A stretch of 64,000 nucleotides of DNA. Source: an uncultured virus (IMG/VR IMGVR_UViG_3300032116_011488). Taxonomy: Duplodnaviria > Heunggongvirae > Uroviricota > Caudoviricetes. The position numbers and the translations under genes were made by a program. This document shows, piece after piece, positions 18,487 through 29,552 of this stretch. Below the pieces are notes generated by a model that saw only the letters and a program-made list of their open reading frames with translations, was not told the origin of the DNA and made no database searches. Every line of letters begins with the position of its first letter. The stretch's first letter is position 1. The DNA lies in IMG/VR virus record IMGVR_UViG_3300032116_011488, positions 1 through 64,000 of that record. The stretch is one strand, 5' to 3'.

Positions 18487-20943
18487 ATGGCAAATGAATT
18501 TATTGCACGTAAAGGTCTGATAGTCCTTGCGAATGGCGCGAAGGTAACAGGCTCTTTAGGTGTTCAAGGTGATATTAACGCAACTGGCTACAATGTCACG
18601 GCATCAAACCTCCAGTTACTTGGAAGTGCAAGTATCAATGGTGACATTACCGTTGGCGGAAATCTTACAGTCGGTAATGCGGATATTGATGTCGTCAAGT
18701 TCCTGGCCGAAGTTAGTTCATCTATCGTACCAGATATTAATAATTCGTTTGACCTTGGGTCTGGTTCTAAGTCATGGAAAGACTTATATGTGAGTGGAAC
18801 CGCATATGTTAACAATGTTGCAGCAACAAGTATAACTGGTTCAATAACCGGTTCGTTTACTGGTAATGTAAACGCAACAACATTTAGTTTTGATATAGAC
18901 GGATTTGGTAGCGACCTAACTGGTATCACAGTTGCCGGTACAGACAAATTAATATTATCAGATGGTGGCACCGATGGTCGTATCAATGTCAGTCAACTCG
19001 CTACACCACTTGCAGGAACTGGACTTGAAGCAGATGCAGGTACCATTCGTATCGCATCATCAGCAGCAGGTTCTGGTTTAACTGGTGGGGCGGGTTCCGC
19101 ACTTGCAGTTGGTGCAGGTAGTGGTATTACAGTAAACCCAGAAGATGTCGAACTTAATACTGGATCTGCACATTTCGTAACTGGTGCAAGAGCAACCATT
19201 TCATCCACTGATACTACAGGTGCAAGTGGTATTAATCTTAGATACAATCCTGCAACTGGTGTCATCTCTGGTTCTCTTGTTAATAGTTCAGTAACAGTAA
19301 GTGCAGGTAGTGGTTTAAGTGGCGGTGGTTCAGTTAGTCTTGGTGGTACTACTACAGTCACACTTGATACATCATCTGCTCACTTTACTGGTGGTGTTAA
19401 GGCTAAATTAAACGTAGATAATGTTGTCAGTAGTTCAATACAAATTGACCACGATGCAACTACAAACTTTGTAGCAAACGAACACATCGACCACACTGCA
19501 GTCAGTATCACAGCAGGTTCTGGTTTAAGTGGTGGTGGTGACATTACCACAACTCGTACAATCACACTTGATACATCATCTTCTCACTTTAACGATGGTG
19601 TCAAGACTAAGTTAAACACAGAAGGTATATTCAGTAGTTCTGTACAAACCGATGTTCGTAACACCACTGGTATTGCAACCATTGCAACTACTGGTTCAAA
19701 CACCTTTACTGGTATTCAAACAATCAGTAACACTACCAACAGTACAAATTTTGCAGATGGTGCATTAATTGTACAAGGTGGTGTTGGTATCACTAAGGAT
19801 GTAAACATCTCTGGTAGTTTGACCGTTACTGGATTGTTGACCGCAGTATCCAGTTCTATCCAATATGTTACATCTTCACAACTTAATATCGGTTTAAGCA
19901 GAATCACGGTAAATGACGATGACCTAGTAAGATTTGCTGGTCTATCCGTTATTGATTCTGGTTCTACATTTGGTACTGGTTCACTACTTTGGGACAGTCT
20001 GAATAATCACTGGATAGCTGAAGTTGACGACCAAAATTATAATTCTACTATTTTAATTGGTGGTCCAAAAAATAGTGGTTCACTTGGAAGTGAAATTGGA
20101 TTAACCGCAAATCGTGTTCCAGTAGCAGTAGACACAAACCACATTGATAGTAGACTAGAATCAAGTTCTATCCGTGTTGATTTCCCATCACGACTTACTC
20201 ATATTGAAGCTGGACTGGTTGTAACGGGGTCAGTAACATCTTCAGTAGGATTCTCTGGTGATGGTAGTCAACTTACAGGTATCGTTACAGAACTTGCACT
20301 TACTGGTTCAGATGGTGGTACGGGTACTGTCTCACTTAAGACACAAGCACTTACTGTAGATGGTACAAATGGTCTAACCGCAACCGTTAGTGGTCAAACT
20401 ATTACCATCAGTGGTAGTAATGCAACAACAACTACAAAGGGTGTTGCATCATTTACTGGTTCAAACTTTACCGTCATTGGTGGTGAAGTAAGTTCCAATC
20501 CAATTAATTTCAACGGTGCAAATATCAATCTTGGTGGGACGCATTCATTTGGTCTTGCAAACATTACTTCACAAGGTGCAAGTACTGCCGACCAAGTTAC
20601 ATTCAACGGTGGGGCAATTGTACATGGTGTTCTCTTTACTTCTGGTAGTAATCTAGATATTGATAGTGGTACAGAAGTTATTGCATCGGTATCAACTGGA
20701 AGTTTTGACGCAGCATACTTTGATTATGTTGTAAAGAAAGAAAGTAACTATAGAGCAGGTACCGTGACCGCAGTATGGGAAGCAGGTACAGGTAACGTTG
20801 AATTTACCGATGTATCTACCAACGACTTAGGAAATACTGCAGATGTAGTACTCTCAGTAGACCTAGCTTCAGCAACCGCACGGTTGAAGGCAACGGTAAC
20901 CTCAGACAATTGGATAGTTAAGACCGCAGTAAGAGCATTATAA
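18487..20943 (+). CDS. Fibre-like structural protein
   Basis: 818 aa, G/S/T-rich, AGSGLSGGG repeats. N-terminus [11 protein letters not shown] is shared with the next gene. Confidence 0.75.
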   Translation: MANEFIARKGLIVLANGAKVTGSLGVQGDINATGYNVTASNLQLLGSASINGDITVGGNLTVGNADIDVVKFLAEVSSSIVPDINNSFDLGSGSKSWKDLYVSGTAYVNNVAATSITGSITGSFTGNVNATTFSFDIDGFGSDLTGITVAGTDKLILSDGGTDGRINVSQLATPLAGTGLEADAGTIRIASSAAGSGLTGGAGSALAVGAGSGITVNPEDVELNTGSAHFVTGARATISSTDTTGASGINLRYNPATGVISGSLVNSSVTVSAGSGLSGGGSVSLGGTTTVTLDTSSAHFTGGVKAKLNVDNVVSSSIQIDHDATTNFVANEHIDHTAVSITAGSGLSGGGDITTTRTITLDTSSSHFNDGVKTKLNTEGIFSSSVQTDVRNTTGIATIATTGSNTFTGIQTISNTTNSTNFADGALIVQGGVGITKDVNISGSLTVTGLLTAVSSSIQYVTSSQLNIGLSRITVNDDDLVRFAGLSVIDSGSTFGTGSLLWDSLNNHWIAEVDDQNYNSTILIGGPKNSGSLGSEIGLTANRVPVAVDTNHIDSRLESSSIRVDFPSRLTHIEAGLVVTGSVTSSVGFSGDGSQLTGIVTELALTGSDGGTGTVSLKTQALTVDGTNGLTATVSGQTITISGSNATTTTKGVASFTGSNFTVIGGEVSSNPINFNGANINLGGTHSFGLANITSQGASTADQVTFNGGAIVHGVLFTSGSNLDIDSGTEVIASVSTGSFDAAYFDYVVKKESNYRAGTVTAVWEAGTGNVEFTDVSTNDLGNTADVVLSVDLASATARLKATVTSDNWIVKTAVRAL

Positions 20944-21007
20944 GATAATAAGTAAAAAGGTTGTAATACAATAGAAACTTACCTTTGGATAATGAAGAAG
21001 GGGAAAT

Positions 21008-24000
21008 ATGGCAAATGAATTTATAGCCAGAAAGGGACTGGTTGTCCCTACTGGTAGTATAATAGTTTCATCTGGTTCGGTTACCGCAAATGATTTCTTC
21101 GGAACTGCAAGTCGAGCAGTTACCGCATCATTTGCGTTAAACGCAGCAGGTTCAGGATTCCCCTTCAGTGGTAGTGCAGTCATCACCGGGTCACTTAATG
21201 TAACCCAGGCGGTGACTGCATCGTTTTTTAAGGGTGACGGGTCACAAATTACAGGATTAAATACTTTAAGTAGTTCAGTAAATATTGATACACATACTTT
21301 CCAAGGTGATGGCTCTACCTCAAACTTTGTATTATCTCAAAGTTATGAACTGTCCTCATTATTTGTTTCTGTCGATGGATTATCGCAAACAAGTATCACA
21401 GACTATAGTATATCAACAAACATTCTTTCATTTGTAGAAGCACCGCCTTCACAATCAAGTATATTAGTTAGAGCCTTAATAAATGTAACCCAAGGTGCTA
21501 CGGGTTCATTTAGTGGTTCATTTCAAGGTGTAATTACAAGTGCAAGTTATGCAGAAACCGCTAGTTTTGCACTAACCCCATCAGGAACTTCTGGTAGTTC
21601 GGGAACGTCGGGTACATCGGGTAGTTCTGGAAGTACAGGCACCTCGGGTTCATCAGGTAGCACAGGAACTTCGGGTAGTTCCGGTTCAACAGGAACGTCT
21701 GGTTCATCTGGATCAAGTGGTATAGATGGTACTTCAGGAACATCAGGTTCATCAGGAACCTCTGGTAGTTCTGGTTCTACGGGAACCTCAGGTAGCTCGG
21801 GAAGTACAGGAACGTCTGGTAGTAGTGGTAGCACGGGTACCTCTGGTAGCTCGGGTTCAACCGGTACATCGGGTAGTTCAGGCACATCTGGTACTTCTGG
21901 TTCAAGTGGGACTGCTGGTTCTTCTGGAACAAGTGGTACGCTTACATTAACGGGTACCACAGATAATGGATTGATTACTCTCAATGGTTCAGCTCCAAAT
22001 GCAACCGTAGAAAGTAATCTTACCTTTGATGGTAATTCGTTAGTAGTTACAGGAGCAATCACAGCAAGTACTATACGAGTTAATGGTACTGCATCATTAC
22101 GATATTTAGAAACACAATTTGTAACCGCTTCAGTTATCTATGAAAGTGGTTCTACTAAGTTTGGTGACAGCTTTGATGATGTACATCAACGCACTGGTTC
22201 ACTAGAAATTACTGGCTCACTTGTAATAAACGGAACTTCGTATACCGCAGCAACTTCTGGAACATCAGGTACTGCAGGAAGCGCGGGCACATCAGGAAGT
22301 AGTGGTACTTCTGGAACATCTGGTTCATCAGGCAGTACCGGAACCTCAGGCAGTTCAGGAACATCAGGCAGTTCTGGTTCTTCAGGAACAACAGGAACTA
22401 GTGGAAGTAGTGGAACTTCGGGAGAAAATGGAAGTAGCGGAACCTCTGGTAGTTCGGGCACAACAGGAACTAGTGGTAGTGCAGGAACTTCAGGTTCTTC
22501 CGGTAGTTCGGGTACTTCAGGAAGCGCCGGTACATCAGGTACCGCTGGTAGTAGCGGTAGTACGGGAACCTCTGGAAGCGCAGGAACAGCTGGTAGTAGT
22601 GGAACAAGTGGTTCTTCTGGGTCAACGGGCACCTCAGGGTCAAGCGGTTCAACTGGAACTTCTGGTAGTAGCGGCTCAACAGGAACATCCGGTAGTAGCG
22701 GTAGTACAGGAACTTCAGGTTCATCCGGATCAACAGGTTCATCTGGAACCAGTGGAAGTTCGGGAAGTACTGGTACAAGCGGATCAGCAGGAACAAGTGG
22801 TACTACCGGTAGCTCAGGAACATCAGGTACATTAACGCTCACAGGCACCACTGATAATGGATTAATTACATTAAATGGAACCGCACCAAACGCAACCGTA
22901 GAAAGCAACTTAACATTTGACGGCAGTACCTTAACAGTGGTTGGTAATGAAGTTATATCCGGTTCCACTACAATTACAGGTAACCTCACAGTTCTTGGGT
23001 CATCATCAATTGGATATCTTACCCAAAGTCAATTAAATATCGGTACCAATTTAATCACAGTTAATGCACTCAATCCTGAATTCCGTTTTGGAGGATTAGC
23101 TGTTATTGATTCAGGATCATCACCAAAAGTTAGTGGTTCGTTATTATTTGATTCCATTAATGACCAATGGATATTCATTCATCAACAAGTAGCAGGGGCA
23201 GGTACTACATCATCCGTATTATTAATGGGCCCGCAAACCTTTAATGATGTTGGGAACGAAACGAATTTAAGTACAAATAGAATTCCAAAGAGTAATAACT
23301 CAGAACATCTCTCAGACTCCATCATTACGGATAATGGGTCGCAAATAACTGTTAGTGGGTCGGTATCTGCATCCTCATTTACAAGTTCTATTTCAAACGG
23401 AGTTGGCTTCTTTGGCACCGCATCTTATGCATTAACTCCTGCGGGAACTGCGGGTAGTAGTGGAACATCTGGTAGCTCTGGCACATCAGGTTCATCAGGT
23501 AGTACAGGAACCTCTGGTAGCAGTGGTAGTGCGGGAACCTCTGGCTCGTCTGGAAGTACGGGAACATCAGGAAGCTCAGGAACAACAGGTACTTCTGGAA
23601 GTTCGGGTACATCTGGAGCAGGGGGAAGTTCTGGAACCAGTGGAACAGCTGGTAGTTCGGGAACTACTGGAACTAGTGGCAGCGCAGGAACTTCTGGTTC
23701 GGCAGGAACTAGTGGTAGCGCAGGTACATCTGGAACCGCAGGTAGTTCTGGTACTTCTGGAGCAAATGGTTCATCTGGCACTTCTGGCTCATCAGGAAGT
23801 AGTGGAACTACGGGAACCAGCGGTAGTTCGGGTACTTCTGGAGCAAACGGTAGTTCCGGTACCTCTGGTAGTTCAGGAACATCAGGCAGTTCTGGTACGT
23901 CGGGCTCATCAGGAAGTAGTGGAACTACGGGAACCAGTGGTAGTTCAGGCTCCACAGGAACAAGCGGTTCTTCTGGTAGTACAGGTACATCTGGAAGTAG

Positions 24001-25867
24001 CGGTAGTACTGGAACATCTGGATCTTCTGGAACAGCTGGTAGTTCTGGTACTTCTGGGGCAGGAACCATTAGTGGCGGAGCAGCCAACAGAGTTGCATTC
24101 TACTCAGGAGAAACATCACTCACAGGAAGTGCAAATCTTACCTATGATGGTAATTCACTAGTAGTTACTGGTCCTCTTACTGCAAGTGCTTTAAGAGTTA
24201 ATGGTACAGCATCAATTAGATATTTAGAAACACAATTCGTAACATCATCTATTATCTTTGAATCTGGTTCTACAAAATTTGGTGATAGTTTTGATGATGT
24301 TCACCAAAGAACTGGTTCGCTAGCAATTACCGGTTCGTTAACTATAAATGGTACCTCGTATACAGCAGCAACTTCTGGAACATCGGGTACTTCTGGTAGC
24401 GCAGGTACATCAGGCACCAGCGGTAGTTCAGGTACCTCTGGTAGTTCTGGTTCTACGGGAACAAGCGGTTCATCAGGTACATCCGGATCATCTGGCACAT
24501 CAGGTAGCTCAGGATCTACAGGTACCTCAGGCTCATCTGGAACCACTGGTACATCAGGTTCTTCTGGAAGCACTGGTTCATCGGGTACCTCGGGTTCTTC
24601 TGGAACTACGGGCACATCTGGAAGTTCTGGTACCAGTGGCTCTTCAGGAAGTTCTGGTACAACCGGGTCTAGTGGTACCACGGGAAGTAGTGGTACTTCG
24701 GGTACATTAACATTAACTGGTACTAAAGATAATGGTTTAATTACCTTAAACGGGTCTGCCCCAAACGCCTCGGTCGAAAGTAATCTAACCTTTGATGGAA
24801 ATTTATTAACCGCTATCGGTAGTGGTAATTATCAAGCAGCAATTAGTGGAAGTACTGCTGCAGCATATACACAATTGTATATCAACGGTACTGGTCGTGC
24901 TTATGGCATTGGTGTTGGTAACGCAAGTGAAACTACATACGGTGTAGCAAACGAATTCTTCCTATTTGACCACAATGCAGCAGCAATGCGATTGGCAGTT
25001 GATATCAATGGTAACATTGGTGTCGGTACAACCAGTCCAGTAAACAGATTACAAATTGCGGGTAATGTCTCAGCGTCATCATATACCAGTTCTATTTCTA
25101 ACGCAGTAGGATTCTTTGGTACCAGTAGTGTAGCAGTATCTTCGTCACATGCAACCACCGCATCATTCGCACTAAATGCTGGTGGAGCTGGTTTCCCATT
25201 CAGTGGTAGTGCAGTTATTACGGGTTCATTGTATGTATCGGGTAGTAATATCTCTGGGTCATTTGTTGGCGATGGTAGTGGATTAACCAATGTAAACGCC
25301 GCACTGAATGTAATTGAATCTTCATTTGTTGGAGATGGTACCACCACATCATATTCACTGGGAGCTAGTTATCCAGCAAAATCATTAATTGTTACAGTGG
25401 ATGGATTAAGATTTAATGCTCCAGACGATTTCACTATGTCTGGAAACAATGTAGTATTTACCTCAGCACCACCATCTTCATCAACAATATTCGTTTCGGC
25501 GCTAATAAACACCGCAACAAATGTTACGGGGTCATTTAGTGGGTCATTCTTTGGTAATATTGCTAGTGCAAGTTTCGCAACTAGTGCGTCATATGTACAA
25601 CCAAGCGGGTTACCATCTGGTGTAGTCTCAGCTTCTTCACAAATTAGTATAGTGGCTGATAACCATGCATTAGTGGGGGACGGGACCACTACTATATACA
25701 CACTATCCCAATCGTATTCGCCGGCAATACTAACGGTGTCGATTGATGGATTGGTAAATACATTGACGGAAGATTATACAGTATCTACGAATCAACTCAC
25801 ATTCGTTTCCGCACCTCCGTCCTCGTCAAATATCTTGGTAAAAGGTATTAGAATAGCACTAATATAG
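21008..25867 (+). CDS. Large modular fibre protein with Ser/Thr-rich collagen-like (Gly-X-Y) blocks
   Basis: 1619 aa. Four (GTS/GSS)n blocks separated by repeated beta modules, plus three GDG...VSVDG...APP domains. Confidence 0.8.
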   Translation: MANEFIARKGLVVPTGSIIVSSGSVTANDFFGTASRAVTASFALNAAGSGFPFSGSAVITGSLNVTQAVTASFFKGDGSQITGLNTLSSSVNIDTHTFQGDGSTSNFVLSQSYELSSLFVSVDGLSQTSITDYSISTNILSFVEAPPSQSSILVRALINVTQGATGSFSGSFQGVITSASYAETASFALTPSGTSGSSGTSGTSGSSGSTGTSGSSGSTGTSGSSGSTGTSGSSGSSGIDGTSGTSGSSGTSGSSGSTGTSGSSGSTGTSGSSGSTGTSGSSGSTGTSGSSGTSGTSGSSGTAGSSGTSGTLTLTGTTDNGLITLNGSAPNATVESNLTFDGNSLVVTGAITASTIRVNGTASLRYLETQFVTASVIYESGSTKFGDSFDDVHQRTGSLEITGSLVINGTSYTAATSGTSGTAGSAGTSGSSGTSGTSGSSGSTGTSGSSGTSGSSGSSGTTGTSGSSGTSGENGSSGTSGSSGTTGTSGSAGTSGSSGSSGTSGSAGTSGTAGSSGSTGTSGSAGTAGSSGTSGSSGSTGTSGSSGSTGTSGSSGSTGTSGSSGSTGTSGSSGSTGSSGTSGSSGSTGTSGSAGTSGTTGSSGTSGTLTLTGTTDNGLITLNGTAPNATVESNLTFDGSTLTVVGNEVISGSTTITGNLTVLGSSSIGYLTQSQLNIGTNLITVNALNPEFRFGGLAVIDSGSSPKVSGSLLFDSINDQWIFIHQQVAGAGTTSSVLLMGPQTFNDVGNETNLSTNRIPKSNNSEHLSDSIITDNGSQITVSGSVSASSFTSSISNGVGFFGTASYALTPAGTAGSSGTSGSSGTSGSSGSTGTSGSSGSAGTSGSSGSTGTSGSSGTTGTSGSSGTSGAGGSSGTSGTAGSSGTTGTSGSAGTSGSAGTSGSAGTSGTAGSSGTSGANGSSGTSGSSGSSGTTGTSGSSGTSGANGSSGTSGSSGTSGSSGTSGSSGSSGTTGTSGSSGSTGTSGSSGSTGTSGSSGSTGTSGSSGTAGSSGTSGAGTISGGAANRVAFYSGETSLTGSANLTYDGNSLVVTGPLTASALRVNGTASIRYLETQFVTSSIIFESGSTKFGDSFDDVHQRTGSLAITGSLTINGTSYTAATSGTSGTSGSAGTSGTSGSSGTSGSSGSTGTSGSSGTSGSSGTSGSSGSTGTSGSSGTTGTSGSSGSTGSSGTSGSSGTTGTSGSSGTSGSSGSSGTTGSSGTTGSSGTSGTLTLTGTKDNGLITLNGSAPNASVESNLTFDGNLLTAIGSGNYQAAISGSTAAAYTQLYINGTGRAYGIGVGNASETTYGVANEFFLFDHNAAAMRLAVDINGNIGVGTTSPVNRLQIAGNVSASSYTSSISNAVGFFGTSSVAVSSSHATTASFALNAGGAGFPFSGSAVITGSLYVSGSNISGSFVGDGSGLTNVNAALNVIESSFVGDGTTTSYSLGASYPAKSLIVTVDGLRFNAPDDFTMSGNNVVFTSAPPSSSTIFVSALINTATNVTGSFSGSFFGNIASASFATSASYVQPSGLPSGVVSASSQISIVADNHALVGDGTTTIYTLSQSYSPAILTVSIDGLVNTLTEDYTVSTNQLTFVSAPPSSSNILVKGIRIALI
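21580..21940 (+). repeat. Gly-X-Y (GTS/GSS) coding repeat, block 1
   Basis: Imperfect 9-bp periodicity encoding GTSGSSGST. Boundaries are approximate. Confidence 0.85.
22250..22830 (+). repeat. Gly-X-Y coding repeat, block 2
   Basis: Same triplet repeat. Boundaries are approximate. Confidence 0.85.
23440..24065 (+). repeat. Gly-X-Y coding repeat, block 3
   Basis: Same triplet repeat. Boundaries are approximate. Confidence 0.85.
24370..24705 (+). repeat. Gly-X-Y coding repeat, block 4
   Basis: Same triplet repeat. Boundaries are approximate. Confidence 0.85.
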
Positions 25868-25937
25868 AGGTAAAAAAATGGTTTTATTAGAGGTTTCTTT
25901 ATATTTATATCAGATAACTCATTTTTAGAGATTATAA

Positions 25938-28139
25938 ATGGCGATAACTAGACTTACCGGTGTATTGATTAAGAGCGGAAGTATTCCTACACATGCTTTA
26001 AGTGGTGGGGTAGTTTCTAGTTCGGCGCAGATTACCAGTTTACTACCCGCGGGCGCGGTTAGTAGTTCTGCACAAATCAATACTGGTTCATTTACTGGCT
26101 CTTTTACTGGTTCACTATTTGGCACCGCGAGTTATGCAGACTTTGCATTAACTCCCGCAGGTACTGCTGGTAGTTCGGGTACATCTGGTTCTTCTGGAAC
26201 CAGTGGCTCATCGGGTACAGCAGGAAGTAGTGGAAGTACAGGTACCAGTGGAACATCAGGTAGTTCTGGAACAGCCGGTAGTAGTGGAACCTCAGGATCA
26301 TCTGGTACAACAGGCTCTTCAGGAAGTACAGGTACATCAGGAAGTAGCGGTTCTACTGGCACGAGCGGCTCATCAGGTTCTACCGGAACATCTGGTAGTA
26401 GCGGAACTTCTGGTTCTTCGGGTACCAGTGGAAGTTCTGGAAGCACTGGCACAAGCGGGTCATCTGGAACCGCAGGAAGTAGTGGAACAGCCGGTAGTTC
26501 AGGTACTAGTGGAACACTCACTCTTACAGGCACCACCGACAACGGATTAATCACACTTAATGGCTCTGCACCAAACGCAACCGTAGAAAGCAACTTAACA
26601 TTTGACGGAAGTACCTTACGAGTTACGGGGTCCGCAATTATTACTAGTAACTTGACGGTACTCGGTACATCTTCTATTAGTTTTGTTTCTCAAAGTACCT
26701 TAGATATTGGTACCAATGTTATTACCGTTAATACATTATCTCCTGGTACAAGATTCGGTGGTCTATCGGTAATTGACTCTGGTTCATCACCAAAAGTAAG
26801 TGGTTCAATATTCTTTGATTCTCTCAAGGACGAATGGATATTCATTCATCAACAAGCAGCAGGTGCAGGAGTTACCTCATCTGTATTTATGATGGGCCCA
26901 CAAACATTTGATAGTGTTGGTAATGAACTTACTTTAACTACAAATAGAATTCCAAAGAGTCAAAATGCAGAACATCTTAGTGATTCTATTATCACTGATA
27001 ATGGGTCACAAATTACTGTCGCAGGTACCGTATCAGCTTCCTCATTCACAAGTTCGATTGTAAATGGCGTTGGATTCTTTGGTACCGCATCATTCGCATT
27101 AACTCCAGCAGGTACAGCAGGTTCCTCTGGAACATCTGGAACCGCAGGAAGTAGTGGAACCGCTGGCTCATCGGGTACAGGCGGCAGTTCTGGTACCACG
27201 GGTACATCTGGTAGTAGTGGAACAGCGGGAACATCTGGTAGTTCAGGAACATCTGGTGCAGCAGGTACATCAGGTAGTTCGGGAACCAGTGGTAGTTCAG
27301 GAACATCTGGTTCTTCTGGAACTACAGGTACATCAGGTAGTTCGGGAACAGCCGGAACCGGCGGTAGTTCTGGTACATCAGGAGCAAACGGAGCAACAGG
27401 AGCAACGGGTGCGGCAGGAACCAGTGGTAGTTCTGGTACAGCAGGTACTTCTGGCGCTGGAACTATTAGTGGTGGTTCCGCTGACAGAGTAGCAATATTC
27501 TCTGGAGCTACAACACTCACAAGTAACACAGGACTAACATATAGTTCACCAAGACTTACTGTATCTGGTGACAGTCCAAATATTTACTTAAACTCTGGTA
27601 ATGACGATTCCAGAATATATTTCACGGGTCTAGATAGATATATCCAAGGTTCAGCTGGCTCGGCCTTAAAATTCATCACACAAGATGGTCAACGCGCCCA
27701 TATGGATTCATTTGGTGTGTATGTTAATGCGGCACTTGGTGTGGGTTCTCAACCAACTACGGGATGGACTGGTGGTGAAATCCGCGCAACTAATGAAATT
27801 ACCGCATACGCATCGGATGCACGATTAAAGAATTTTCATGGAACTATTCAAGATGCGGTCAAGAAAGTATTATCAATTAATGGGTACTACTTCACAGAAA
27901 ACGAAGTGGCTAAGTCACTAGGATTCAATAAAGATGCAATGCAAGTCGGTGTCAGTGCACAAGAAATACAAGAAATACTTCCAGAAGTCGTTGCACCAGC
28001 TCCTGTTAATAATGAATACCTAACCGTGCGTTACGAACGGCTTACTGCATTATTAATTGAAGCAATTAAAGAACAACAAGGCACTATTGACAAATTACAA
28101 GAAAGAATTACGATTCTTGAAACAAATAATAAAGGTTAA
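25938..28139 (+). CDS. Fibre protein with Gly-X-Y blocks and C-terminal peptidase S74 intramolecular chaperone
   Basis: Two GTS/GSS blocks. C-terminus SDARLKN...[15 protein letters not shown]...[18 protein letters not shown]. Confidence 0.85.
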   Translation: MAITRLTGVLIKSGSIPTHALSGGVVSSSAQITSLLPAGAVSSSAQINTGSFTGSFTGSLFGTASYADFALTPAGTAGSSGTSGSSGTSGSSGTAGSSGSTGTSGTSGSSGTAGSSGTSGSSGTTGSSGSTGTSGSSGSTGTSGSSGSTGTSGSSGTSGSSGTSGSSGSTGTSGSSGTAGSSGTAGSSGTSGTLTLTGTTDNGLITLNGSAPNATVESNLTFDGSTLRVTGSAIITSNLTVLGTSSISFVSQSTLDIGTNVITVNTLSPGTRFGGLSVIDSGSSPKVSGSIFFDSLKDEWIFIHQQAAGAGVTSSVFMMGPQTFDSVGNELTLTTNRIPKSQNAEHLSDSIITDNGSQITVAGTVSASSFTSSIVNGVGFFGTASFALTPAGTAGSSGTSGTAGSSGTAGSSGTGGSSGTTGTSGSSGTAGTSGSSGTSGAAGTSGSSGTSGSSGTSGSSGTTGTSGSSGTAGTGGSSGTSGANGATGATGAAGTSGSSGTAGTSGAGTISGGSADRVAIFSGATTLTSNTGLTYSSPRLTVSGDSPNIYLNSGNDDSRIYFTGLDRYIQGSAGSALKFITQDGQRAHMDSFGVYVNAALGVGSQPTTGWTGGEIRATNEITAYASDARLKNFHGTIQDAVKKVLSINGYYFTENEVAKSLGFNKDAMQVGVSAQEIQEILPEVVAPAPVNNEYLTVRYERLTALLIEAIKEQQGTIDKLQERITILETNNKG
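26158..26515 (+). repeat. Gly-X-Y coding repeat, block 5
   Basis: Same triplet repeat. Boundaries are approximate. Confidence 0.85.
27108..27462 (+). repeat. Gly-X-Y coding repeat, block 6
   Basis: Same triplet repeat, including GANGATGATGAA. Boundaries are approximate. Confidence 0.85.
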
Positions 28140-28151
28140 CGGGAGTACGGT

Positions 28152-28328
28152 ATGGGTATAATACCAGCAACCGGTTCGGAAATTGCGATGGGGCGGGTGC
28201 GAAACGCATACGGCCTTTCGGGACAAGTCGCACTGCGTGCCAATCTAGGTGCTCAAATTGGTATTACTACTGGTCAAATTCGTTTGTCTATTGATTTCGG
28301 TGGCAGAACCACACCAAATAATTATTAA
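28152..28328 (+). CDS. Small protein, 58 aa, putative fibre-tip cap (absent from ORF track)
   Basis: MGIIPATGSEIAMGRVRNAYGLSGQVALRANLGAQIGITTGQIRLSIDFGGRTTPNNY. SD GGGAG. Directly after the S74 fibre gene. Confidence 0.7.
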   Translation: MGIIPATGSEIAMGRVRNAYGLSGQVALRANLGAQIGITTGQIRLSIDFGGRTTPNNY

Positions 28329-28337
28329 TACTGGGAC

Positions 28338-28366
28338 TTGACAAGTTTAGTAGTATAATATATATT
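28338..28366 (+). promoter_or_regulatory. Sigma70-like promoter at start of the modification island
   Basis: TTGACA-17 nt-TATATT, overlapping a TATTTA motif. Confidence 0.65.
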
Positions 28367-28398
28367 TAAATACGGTTATCTAATAAGGGGTTACTTTT

Positions 28399-28857
28399 AT
28401 GAGTGAAATAACATTCGAAACATTATTGGCAGCAGTAAATACTAACCCATCGGAATACGAAGAAAAGTATGTCCGATGGGTTTCTATTGGGTATGACAAA
28501 AAAGTTTTGGCAGAACTATTGTATGAATTACAATATCTGAAAGAGAAAGACGAATGGCCAGAACGAATTAAATTTTTAGAAGGTATTCTCGCCCAATATA
28601 ATCCACAACATTTATTGAATTTATTAAACGGTGAAACGCAAACGACACGATTTGCGTTAATTGAAAAGTGGTCACGTCAAGGGGCTATGGAAATACTCAT
28701 CTTTGATAAGTACAGTATCGATACATTAAATACTGTCACACAGTTTCCATTGGCAGATTATCAACTCTTTGTCAAACGAGTACAAGAAATTGTCACTATG
28801 ATTCGTGAAATCACCAGCCAAGCAGCAACATTAGCATCCGGAGTCGCCGGGCTATGA
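28399..28857 (+). CDS. Hypothetical protein
   Basis: 152-aa ORF with SD AGGGG. ATGA overlap with the next gene. Confidence 0.7.
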   Translation: MSEITFETLLAAVNTNPSEYEEKYVRWVSIGYDKKVLAELLYELQYLKEKDEWPERIKFLEGILAQYNPQHLLNLLNGETQTTRFALIEKWSRQGAMEILIFDKYSIDTLNTVTQFPLADYQLFVKRVQEIVTMIREITSQAATLASGVAGL

Positions 28858-29552
28858 AGAACATCTACGACTTGACGATTTGGCAAACTAGACCTACAAA
28901 ATTAGCGATTCTTATTCCATGCAGAGAATCTGTATATAGTTTATTCACTGCGTCCTTAGTTGAGTTGGTCAAGACTACGACGATGGCAGGAATAGATGTT
29001 CATGTCATTTATGACCAAAGTACGATTTTACTCACACAACGAGAAAGATTGGCACAGCAAGCATTAGCGATGAAAGCAGATTATGCTCTGTGGTTGGACT
29101 CGGATATGATGTTCCCAAGCACCACCGCGATGCGTTTAATGGGACATAATGTTGATATCGTATGTTCCAACTATATGAAACGGTCGGTCCCACTTCAAAC
29201 AGTCGCATATCCAGAACGAGGAAACTGGGAAAACTGGTTACCACTAGAGGGTGACCAAGAACTGCAAGAAGTGGAAGGTGTGGGTATGGGATGTATGATG
29301 ATGAAAACCGAAGTACTGAACAAGCTGGTTCCTCCATATTTTGCCTTTGAATATAAGGACAAAGAATGGCACGGGGAAGATTTCTTTTTCCAGAGTAAAT
29401 TGCGCAAAGCAGGATATAAGATACTCGTAGATATGAATCTCAGTTTCCAAGTTCGCCATGTAGGACAATGGGCGTTTGGGCCAAGTATTGCTACTAATGA
29501 AGAACAACGAATTAAGAGACATACAAAAAAGGTAAAGAAAAATGCTGAATAA
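28854..29552 (+). CDS. GT-A fold (GT2-like) glycosyltransferase
   Basis: AILIPCR, ALWLDSDM (DxD), GVGMGCMMMK, GEDFFF, VRHVG. Confidence 0.75.
   Translation: MKNIYDLTIWQTRPTKLAILIPCRESVYSLFTASLVELVKTTTMAGIDVHVIYDQSTILLTQRERLAQQALAMKADYALWLDSDMMFPSTTAMRLMGHNVDIVCSNYMKRSVPLQTVAYPERGNWENWLPLEGDQELQEVEGVGMGCMMMKTEVLNKLVPPYFAFEYKDKEWHGEDFFFQSKLRKAGYKILVDMNLSFQVRHVGQWAFGPSIATNEEQRIKRHTKKVKKNAE

Noticed and set aside
21580..27462. Possible CRISPR array or non-coding tandem repeat
   Set aside because: The periodicity is 9 bp, in frame and synonymous-variable. There are no identical repeats with unique spacers.
21547..27529. Long minus-strand and alternative-frame ORFs (PEVPELP..., VVQVHLE...)
   Set aside because: They are shadows of the Gly-X-Y repeats, whose codons lack stops in other frames. 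They have no independent start signals.
17359..28328. Diversity-generating retroelement targeting the fibres
   Set aside because: No reverse transcriptase, and no repeat pair differing mainly at adenines, was seen.
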